DNA of 13,942 nucleotides from Candidatus Bipolaricaulia bacterium. Lineage in GTDB: Bacteria; Bipolaricaulota; Bipolaricaulia; JBHIAT01. Where the stretch lies: positions 1-13,942 of the forward strand of contig JBHIAT010000092.1 in NCBI GenBank assembly GCA_046758705.1, written 5' to 3'. The translations under genes and the position numbers were made by a program. Positions 7,340-13,942 of the stretch are shown piece after piece (position 1 is the first letter of the stretch; each line of letters opens with the position of its first letter). The notes beneath the pieces are model-generated. The model did not search any database. It had not been told where the DNA came from and saw only the letters and a list, made by a program, of their open reading frames with translations.

Positions 7340-8705
7340 AAAACTCCTGTTGGCTCTGTTGTTGCCTTGGTATCTCCATATCTCCGTTCCGGCGGTAAGT
7401 GCTCAACCAACGGAGCTTGGTATGCTGGAGGCGATCGCATTGGCTGTCGAGACGCACCCCGATATGATCGCCGCTCAGGAGAACCTGCGATTGGCCCGGA
7501 TAGATCTGGGCCTCGCGGAGCGGGAGTTCAATATCTTCCAAGTAGTCGTGATCGCAACCCCGATAGCAGTGAACTACCTGCTCGAAAACCAGACGCCATC
7601 CGGCGGCCTAGAGGCGGAAATCGGCTTCCCCTGGGGCATGGATCTCAAGCTGAGTTATGGATATCCGGATTCCTACAGCGCTCAGTTGAGTCAGGCCCTA
7701 TTTGCCGATCCCAGCCTCAGTTCCGATGCGATCACCCTGAAGCAGAAACAGAATGACTTGGAGCAAACAACGCTTGAGCTGGCCCAGGCGGCAGTGGACG
7801 TCACCATGAGCACCGTCGAAGATTTCTTCTCGCTTCTGGAATTGGAAGCCGCGATCCAGGCGATGGAAAAGCGGGTCGAGCTCTCCCAAGCGAGGCTCAA
7901 ACAAGTTCAGGGTCTGGCCGAGGAGAACGTGGCCGGTCCCCTCGACCTGCTCGACGCAGAGATCGAGCTTCAACAAAGTTTGCAAGAGCTCCTCCGAAAC
8001 CAGGAGAATGACTCAGTCAAACGGGCACAACTCTTCAGTGCATTAGGGATCTCTACGGGGACCTCCCTGGTCGGTCTGGTTGTCCAAAAGGATCAATTGA
8101 TGGAGATTGCCGATGATCTGCTGGATCGGCCAATCACTTCTGAGATCATTGAAAACAACCTCCAGGTGCGACAGGTACGGTGGAACCTGGAAGAGGCCCT
8201 ATTGCAACAAAGAAGAACGACGCAGGACAGAGCTCCTCAATTCTCGTTGACCTTGGGATACTCAACTGGGGATGACGGACCGGGGATGGCGGCAGACGGG
8301 TTGGAGATCGGAATCAACATCACCCACGCGCTCTTCGACGGCGGTCAAGGCAGGTTGCAGGAGGAAAAAGCGAAGGCGCAAGTTCAAACCCTTCAGAGAC
8401 AGCTCGATGAGACGATCAACACGGTAGAACTTGACCTGCAGTCGATGAGGAACGCGCTGCGAACCGCCAAGCGGGAGGTGGAGCTCATGAGCTTGCGGTT
8501 GGAACGGATGGAGCTTGAGGTCAGCATGATGAAGCACAATCTCGAAGCCGGGCTGATCAGCGATGCCGACTGGCAGGACGTTCAAATTCGACAACTGGAG
8601 ATGGAGAACAGCTATCGAGCGGCGCTTCATGATCTGGTGGTCGAGTATTTAGAATATATAGGGGCCCTGGGGGGAGCGCTCGACGTGGAGGTGATCTTCA
8701 AATGA
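7323..8705 (+). CDS. TolC/outer-membrane efflux family protein, barrel-containing form
   Basis: 460 aa with signal peptide, EAIALAVETHP, amphipathic strands PQFSLTLGYS and LEIGINITHALFDGG, and AGPLDLLDAE / AGLIS repeats; overlaps the upstream gene by 17 nt. Confidence 0.9.
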   Translation: MNRRGRKLLLALLLPWYLHISVPAVSAQPTELGMLEAIALAVETHPDMIAAQENLRLARIDLGLAEREFNIFQVVVIATPIAVNYLLENQTPSGGLEAEIGFPWGMDLKLSYGYPDSYSAQLSQALFADPSLSSDAITLKQKQNDLEQTTLELAQAAVDVTMSTVEDFFSLLELEAAIQAMEKRVELSQARLKQVQGLAEENVAGPLDLLDAEIELQQSLQELLRNQENDSVKRAQLFSALGISTGTSLVGLVVQKDQLMEIADDLLDRPITSEIIENNLQVRQVRWNLEEALLQQRRTTQDRAPQFSLTLGYSTGDDGPGMAADGLEIGINITHALFDGGQGRLQEEKAKAQVQTLQRQLDETINTVELDLQSMRNALRTAKREVELMSLRLERMELEVSMMKHNLEAGLISDADWQDVQIRQLEMENSYRAALHDLVVEYLEYIGALGGALDVEVIFK

Positions 8706-9757
8706 GAGTGAGGGGTCGTTCAAAGTGGATCATAATCGCTATGATCATCGTCGTCTTAGGAGTTGGGGCCTTCTACGGGTATCAGCAGCGCACCACGGAA
8801 TCCGAAGCCGATGCCGCGCTCACCCCTTTGGGGAACACCTGGACCGTCCAGAGAGGTCCGATTATCAAGACGATCGATGCATTCGGCACCGTCCAACCCG
8901 ATCGAGAGATGAACCTCCACTCCAAGACGAGTGGCACAATCCAGGAGATCAAAGTGAACGTCGGCGACCGGGTCAAAGAAGGGGATGTGTTGGCCACGCT
9001 GGAGAACACACAACAGCAGCTCAAGCTCATCCAGGCCGAAAACGCCTTTGAACTGGCCAAGATCTCCGCCTCGGAACGGGAGCTCAAGGAGAAGGAGCTC
9101 AACTATCAAGCGGCGTTAGAGGAGTACCAGAACACGACCCTCACCGCCTCGTTCTCCGGAGAGATCTTCGACATCATGGTCGCCGAGGGAGAGTTTGTAA
9201 ACAGCAATACGGCGGTGATCTACCTGGTGAACCGGGACGTGATGCATGTGGAGGTCGACATCGATGAGGTCGATATCAAAGAGGTCTCCCTGGGACAACG
9301 GGGTCTGGTCACGTTCGATGCGTTCCCGGATAAGAGGCTCCCAGCACAGGTCACCGAGGTCAGGCCATGGGCCGTCGATAGGGGCGGACTCAAAGTGATC
9401 CCGGTCTCGCTTCAGATTCTGCAATCGGACGATGAGATCAAACCAGGATTCTCCGCCGAGACCGAGATTGTGGTGGCACAAAAGCGAGATGTGCTGATCG
9501 TTCCGTCAGAATCGGTGGTGGAACAGGCGGACCTGCAGTTCGTCACGGTCGTCAACGGCGATGAGACCGAGCGGGTTCAGGTTGAGGTGGGCTTGGATAC
9601 CGGGACATTCGCCGAGATTCTCTCTGGCCTGAACGAAGGGGATGTGATCGTGGCCAACAACTTCCAACTGTTCCGGGAGTTCCAAGGGCCGGGACCGGGA
9701 GGTGGATTCAGACCAGGTCTGTTTAGGGGCGGGCGTCCGGGCGGAGGTGGAAACTGA
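8702..9757 (+). CDS. Periplasmic adaptor / membrane fusion protein (MacA-like)
   Basis: N-terminal membrane anchor, lipoyl halves SGTIQEIKVNVGDRVKEGDVLA and ASFSGEI, IDEVDI..V..GQ, IKPG and GLNEGD; ATGA overlap with the upstream TolC. Confidence 0.95.
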   Translation: MRVRGRSKWIIIAMIIVVLGVGAFYGYQQRTTESEADAALTPLGNTWTVQRGPIIKTIDAFGTVQPDREMNLHSKTSGTIQEIKVNVGDRVKEGDVLATLENTQQQLKLIQAENAFELAKISASERELKEKELNYQAALEEYQNTTLTASFSGEIFDIMVAEGEFVNSNTAVIYLVNRDVMHVEVDIDEVDIKEVSLGQRGLVTFDAFPDKRLPAQVTEVRPWAVDRGGLKVIPVSLQILQSDDEIKPGFSAETEIVVAQKRDVLIVPSESVVEQADLQFVTVVNGDETERVQVEVGLDTGTFAEILSGLNEGDVIVANNFQLFREFQGPGPGGGFRPGLFRGGRPGGGGN

Positions 9758-9758
9758 T

Positions 9759-10460
9759 ATGGATCGACCCGTATATCAAGTGAAGGATGTAACTAAAGTC
9801 TACCAGATGGATGGGGTCCAGGTTCACGCGCTGCGGGGCGTCTCGTTCGACATCGAACGAGGCGAGTTCGTCGCGATCATGGGACCATCCGGCTCTGGAA
9901 AGTCGACGTTGATGCACATCATCGGCTGTCTCGATCGACCGACCCAAGGGCAGGTCATCTTGGACGGCATCGATGTGCTCAACGTCTCGGATAACCAATT
10001 GGCCGAGATCCGGAGCCGAAAGATCGGGTTCGTCTTCCAGCAGTTCAACCTGTTGCCACGGCTGACCGCTCTGGGCAACGTCGAGACACCGGCCATCTAC
10101 GCAGGCGAACGAAGAAGCTTAAGGATCAAGCATGCCAGAGCGCTCTTGGAGCAAATGGGGTTGGGGGATCGACTCGGCCATCTGCCGAACCAGCTCTCCG
10201 GGGGACAACGACAACGGGTGGCGATTGCCAGAGCTCTGATCAACGACCCGGCCATCATCTTGGCTGACGAGCCGACGGGGAACCTGGACACGACCACCGG
10301 AGACGAGATCCTGTCGGTTCTCAAGGAGCTGAATGACCAGGGGAACACGGTGGTACTGATCACTCATGAGCGCTACGTCGCAGAGCATGCCGGTCGAATT
10401 ATCCACCTCAAAGACGGTCTGATAGACGTCGATGATCGGAGGGGAGGATCGGGAAGATGA
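9759..10460 (+). CDS. ABC transporter ATP-binding protein, MacB/LolD family
   Basis: Walker [20 protein letters not shown], signature [26 protein letters not shown] and H-loop ITHE; RBS GGAGGTGG at 9743-9750 supports ATG 9759 rather than 9702. Confidence 0.97.
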   Translation: MDRPVYQVKDVTKVYQMDGVQVHALRGVSFDIERGEFVAIMGPSGSGKSTLMHIIGCLDRPTQGQVILDGIDVLNVSDNQLAEIRSRKIGFVFQQFNLLPRLTALGNVETPAIYAGERRSLRIKHARALLEQMGLGDRLGHLPNQLSGGQRQRVAIARALINDPAIILADEPTGNLDTTTGDEILSVLKELNDQGNTVVLITHERYVAEHAGRIIHLKDGLIDVDDRRGGSGR

Positions 10461-11671
10461 AACCGTTCGAAATATTGCGGATCTCCTTTAACAGCTTGCG
10501 CGCCAACAAGTTGCGTTCGGGACTGTCGATGTTGGGCATCATTATCGGGATTGCATCGGTGATCGGCATCCTCGCGCTCGGCCGGGGGGCCACGAAACAG
10601 GCAACCTCTCAGATCGAATCCCTGGGCTCAAATCTGATCACCATCTCCCCGGCGTTCCGCAGAGGACAGGGAGGTAGAATCAGCTCTCAGTCCATCGACC
10701 TGTTCACCGTCGAACTCGGGGAAGAGCTCGCTGAAAAGGCCCCGGCGATCAAGACGGTCGTGCCAGTTCTCCAAGGAAACGGTCTGCTCAAGCACGAGGA
10801 TCTTAATCTGCAAGCGACGATCGTCGCCGTCACCCCGGACTATACCGAAGTGATGAACTATGACGTTGCCACCGGACGATTCTTGTCCCAAAGGGATCTC
10901 GATCGCTACAGCAAGTCGATCATATTGGGCAGTCAGGTGGCACAAGAACTGTTCCCCAACCGCAACCCCATAGGGCAATCGATAACAATCCAGATAGGAA
11001 ACAATCGGTTCATCTTCCAGGTCATCGGGGTCATGGAGGAGAAGGGGCAGGTGTTCTTCACTCGCTTTGACGATCAGGTCTACATTCCGATCTCGACGAT
11101 GATGACCCGCATGACGGGACAGGAATTTGTCAATTCCTACAACGCCCAAGCGGTCAGCCCGGAGCTGTCTGCCGAGGCGGTGGATCAGCTCGAATTTCTG
11201 CTTTACAACCGACTCGGAAACCTGGATGACTTTCGAGTCACGAGTCAACAAGTGATCCTTGAGACAATCAGCGGGGTGACCGAAACCCTCGCTCTCGCCC
11301 TCGGCGGAATCGCCGGGATCTCACTACTGGTCGGAGGGATCGGCATCATGAACATCATGCTCGTTTCTGTGACGGAACGGACCCGGGAGATCGGCATTCG
11401 AAAGGCACTGGGCGCGAAGCGAAGGAACATCTTGGTTCAGTTTCTCGCCGAGTCGGCCGGACTCAGCGCCACCGGCGGTCTGTTCGGACTGCTCGCTGGC
11501 TGGGGCCTGTCGAAACTTGCCTCCCGATTCGTCGGTTTCCCGCCGATCTTCTCCTGGGAATCGGTGGCGTTAGCGATCGGTTTCTCGATGGCGGTCGGGC
11601 TGTTCTTCGGCATCTATCCCGCTCTGACCGCCGCACGACTTGATCCAGTCGAGGCGTTGAGGTATGAATAG
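10457..11671 (+). CDS. ABC transporter permease, MacB/FtsX family
   Basis: NKLRSGLSMLGIIIGIASVI, large periplasmic domain, ISLLVGGIGIMNIMLVSVTERTREIGIRKALGA and LDPVEALRYE. Confidence 0.97.
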   Translation: MKPFEILRISFNSLRANKLRSGLSMLGIIIGIASVIGILALGRGATKQATSQIESLGSNLITISPAFRRGQGGRISSQSIDLFTVELGEELAEKAPAIKTVVPVLQGNGLLKHEDLNLQATIVAVTPDYTEVMNYDVATGRFLSQRDLDRYSKSIILGSQVAQELFPNRNPIGQSITIQIGNNRFIFQVIGVMEEKGQVFFTRFDDQVYIPISTMMTRMTGQEFVNSYNAQAVSPELSAEAVDQLEFLLYNRLGNLDDFRVTSQQVILETISGVTETLALALGGIAGISLLVGGIGIMNIMLVSVTERTREIGIRKALGAKRRNILVQFLAESAGLSATGGLFGLLAGWGLSKLASRFVGFPPIFSWESVALAIGFSMAVGLFFGIYPALTAARLDPVEALRYE

Positions 11672-11684
11672 AGGTGTTTGGAAG

Positions 11685-12380
11685 ATGAGTTCCCAACGAC
11701 ACAGGATACGATTCGCGATGGTGGCGGTGATCCTCACGCTCATGGTTGCTTTCCCTATGGTGGATGTGGCTCAAGAAGAGGGCACTGAAGCTGAGAATGG
11801 AGAAAATGGGGACAGGGCCATAGTGGATCTCGTCCAACGGTTAACTTTCGAGTTGATCCCCGAGGAGAGCGAGATCCGCTTTGCCGGGACCGTCCCGATC
11901 GCCCCGAACTTCTCCGGCCGAGCAGAACGGTTTGAGGGAACGATCGGCGGGCACCCTCCCAACCTGGAGGCGGACGCGTTCGCCGAGATCGTCATCGAGG
12001 CGGTCAGCCTGAACACCGGCCTCGGACTGAGAGATCGAGATATGCGTCGGGCGTTGGAAGCGGAAACGTATCCTCAGATCCGCTTTTCTATGAAACCGGG
12101 GAATCTGGAGCACCTCGGTGAACGGCCGGTTGAGATCAGAACCGATGCCCTGTACAGATCGAGGGTGGTCGGAGTGATAGAACTCCATGGCGTACAGCAG
12201 GAGATCACCATGGAGGTGGAATGGGAGCTGAGCGGAGATCGGCTGCACATCTCGGGGGAGACCTCTCTGTTGTTAAGCGATTATGGGATCGACCGTCCCC
12301 GGCCTCCTCTCCTCCCTGTCCGGGTGGATGACGAGATTCAGGTGAGTTTTTCAATAACGGGCAAGTTAATTGAAGATTGA
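11685..12380 (+). CDS. YceI-family exported lipid/polyisoprenoid-binding protein
   Basis: N-terminal hydrophobic segment, ESEIRF, SLNTGLGLRDRDMR..LEAETYPQIRF, LHGV and LSDYGI; RBS GAGGTG at 11671-11676 favours ATG 11685 over 11664. Confidence 0.88.
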   Translation: MSSQRHRIRFAMVAVILTLMVAFPMVDVAQEEGTEAENGENGDRAIVDLVQRLTFELIPEESEIRFAGTVPIAPNFSGRAERFEGTIGGHPPNLEADAFAEIVIEAVSLNTGLGLRDRDMRRALEAETYPQIRFSMKPGNLEHLGERPVEIRTDALYRSRVVGVIELHGVQQEITMEVEWELSGDRLHISGETSLLLSDYGIDRPRPPLLPVRVDDEIQVSFSITGKLIED

Positions 12381-12384
12381 TAAA

Positions 12385-12591
12385 ATGGAAATACTGTTAA
12401 CACTTCATTCGATCGTCCGATGGGCGATCGTGGGCGTCGCCATCCTGGCGGTGGTCGCGGCTCACCTGCCAGCACGCTGGAAGAGTGCCCCAGACAAAGT
12501 CCGCCATCGCAACACGTTATTCGCCTTCGTGACCTCACTGGTCCTCATCTTTATAGGCGTTGCCGTGTTGCCGGGCGGTTGGAGCAGGTAA
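12385..12591 (+). pseudogene. Small membrane protein (LHSxxRW family, often annotated cytochrome b-like), internally deleted
   Basis: 68 aa with N-terminal LHSIVRW and C-terminal AHLPARWKSAPDKVRHRN...LPGGWSR. From recalled homologues the central helices, including an EH motif, are missing. No clear RBS. Confidence 0.6.
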
Positions 12592-12649
12592 CCACCGCTC
12601 TCACCTCGTGAAAAATCTTTGAACTGGTCATAGCTTGGGAGGAAACTCG

Positions 12650-13615
12650 ATGAAGTACGTGCAACTTGGAGATCAGCGGGCATCGGCCATCGGCCTGGGG
12701 ACCTGGCAGTTCGGTTCCAAGGGCTGGGGGTGGGGGCGTGAATTCGGCATCGAGGAGACTCGTCGTATTATCCACCGGGCCCTGGATCTAGGTGTCAACT
12801 TCTTCGACACGGCGGAGATGTATGGGGGAGGCCAATCGGAGGAGATCCTGGGCGAGGCCCTGAGGGACCGTCGCGAACAGGCGTTGATCGCCACCAAGGT
12901 CTCGCCCCACCACCTGACCCGGAGGGGCGTGAGACAAGCCGCCCAGCGCAGTCTCCGACGCCTGAGCACCCACAGAATAGACTTATACCAAATCCATTGG
13001 CCTAATCTCTTCGTTCCTCTGTCTCGGACCATGCCGGGCATGAGAGATCTGATGGATGTAGGGCTCATCCGACAGGTGGGAGTGAGCAACTTTAAGTTGA
13101 GACGCTGGCAGCAGGCCGAACACGCCCTGGGCACGGCGGTGATCTCCAACCAAGTGGAGTACCATCTCCTGGCGCGCAACCCTCTCGACGAGCTTCTCCC
13201 CTATGCCCGCCATCGAGGGCAGGTCATTATCGCCTATAGTCCTTTAGCTCAAGGCTTACTGACAGGAAAATACAGGTCGGGAAATGCCCCCGGCGGTGTG
13301 CGGGCTAGCAATGCCCTGTTCTCACCTGAGAACTTGCGGCGTCTGGAGCCCTTCATGCAAGAGCTCCGTTCAGTGGCGAAGTCCCACAACGCCACACCCG
13401 CCCAGGTAGCGCTGGCATGGCTGATCCACGCCCCCCATGTCATCGCCATACCCGGCGCCAAGAGTGTAGAGCAATTGGAAGCCAACGCGGCCGCTGCCGA
13501 CATTGCCCTGTCGGACGAGGAATGGGAGCAGCTCAGGGTTGCGGCAAACACTTTCCGGCGGGCTTCGCTTGCCAGCAGCGTGCCTGACATGATCGCCCGA
13601 TTTGTCCGTTCGTGA
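12650..13615 (+). CDS. Aldo/keto reductase (NAD(P)H-dependent)
   Basis: IGLGTWQFG, FDTAEMYG (Asp/Tyr), IATK (Lys), IDLYQIHWP (His), GVSNF, AYSPLAQG and IPGAKS; RBS GGGAGG at 12637-12642. Confidence 0.96.
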   Translation: MKYVQLGDQRASAIGLGTWQFGSKGWGWGREFGIEETRRIIHRALDLGVNFFDTAEMYGGGQSEEILGEALRDRREQALIATKVSPHHLTRRGVRQAAQRSLRRLSTHRIDLYQIHWPNLFVPLSRTMPGMRDLMDVGLIRQVGVSNFKLRRWQQAEHALGTAVISNQVEYHLLARNPLDELLPYARHRGQVIIAYSPLAQGLLTGKYRSGNAPGGVRASNALFSPENLRRLEPFMQELRSVAKSHNATPAQVALAWLIHAPHVIAIPGAKSVEQLEANAAAADIALSDEEWEQLRVAANTFRRASLASSVPDMIARFVRS

Positions 13616-13715
13616 GGCCAAAGACGTCCGCCTTAACCATCGATCTGAGGCGACCGAGGACGGCCTGGAAGCATACGTGTGGAGTTCTTCGGACAACACC
13701 TATGGACTATCTCCT

Positions 13716-13843
13716 TCAACCAATCTCTACTAAAACCTTGTCGCCATCGATTTCAACTTTGTAACTGCTCCGTTCACCTCAACGCCCTTCATCGTACCGA
13801 CCGCAACTTCATCCGCCTTTGCCACCTCAACGAACTCTGCCAT
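13716..13843 (-). pseudogene. Rieske (2Fe-2S) ferredoxin remnant with the cluster-binding core deleted and a frameshift
   Basis: RBS GGGGGAGGTGG then ATG 13843 gives MAEFVEVAKADEVAVGTMKGVEVNG (Rieske ferredoxin N-terminus). A different frame from 13766 gives SYKVEIDGDKVLVEIG* (typical C-terminus, TGA at 13718-13716). No CxH or CxxH ligands lie between them; the first frame stops at 13730. Confidence 0.85.
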
Positions 13844-13864
13844 TGCGCTACCACCTCCCCCTTT

Positions 13865-13878
13865 TTGATTTTCATCAA
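13865..13878. promoter_or_regulatory. FNR/CRP-family binding-site consensus TTGAT-N4-ATCAA
   Basis: The sequence is TTGAT TTTC ATCAA, a perfect match, intergenic and 21 nt upstream of the Rieske start codon. Confidence 0.6.
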
Positions 13879-13942
13879 GGTATCGTCTCTAGCGTAACAA
13901 TTGTGCAATCAGAATCCAACCCGTCCAAAACGGGTCAAAAAC

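Noticed and set aside
9702-9758. N-terminal extension of the ABC ATPase
   Set aside because: Overlaps the adaptor gene's tail; ATG 9759 has a strong SD and gives the usual family length.
777-13590. Many 60-245 aa ORFs overlapping the main genes (e.g. 2296-2865, 2968-3531, 4723-5460, 6350-6952, 10628-11251)
   Set aside because: Antisense or shifted-frame shadows of well-supported genes, expected in GC-rich DNA; no recognisable motifs.
13616-13715. Possible further gene remnant between the reductase and the Rieske stop (AAGGAG on the minus strand, ORF 13370-13699)
   Set aside because: No well-placed start codon and no recognisable protein in any frame.
13761-13774. Programmed frameshift restoring the Rieske protein
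   Set aside because: No slippery sequence, and the product would be about 41 aa with no Cys/His ligands.
13679-13897. 72-aa plus-strand ORF
   Set aside because: Antisense to the Rieske remnant, which has the clear RBS and family similarity.
13919-13935. Hairpin ACCCGT-CCAAA-ACGGGT as an intrinsic terminator
   Set aside because: No U-tract follows the stem on either strand and it lies at the window edge, so no role can be assigned.

Overview
Bacterial, moderately GC-rich window from a probable diderm, since it encodes an Omp85 barrel and TolC proteins; no tools were used and family calls come from motif recognition. Intact genes: a DsrE-family protein; a large POTRA-less Omp85 protein carrying an N-terminal HExxH peptidase domain and a six-repeat PD40/TolB propeller, apparently leaderless; a divergent DHA2-type MFS exporter; a tightly coupled operon of two TolC paralogues (one apparently lacking the beta-barrel strands), a membrane-fusion protein, a MacB/LolD-type ATPase, a permease and a YceI protein; and an aldo/keto reductase. 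The least obvious signal is that four small genes look internally deleted, with the two ends joined: a VapC-PIN/THEP1-NTPase chimera (1-321), an MBL hydrolase (5479-6102), a small membrane protein (12385-12591) and a Rieske ferredoxin missed by the ORF track (13716-13843, minus strand). At two of the junctions the same bases fit both halves, suggesting microhomology-mediated deletion or misassembly. A perfect FNR-type box sits just upstream of the Rieske remnant. No RNA genes, CRISPR arrays or transposases were seen.
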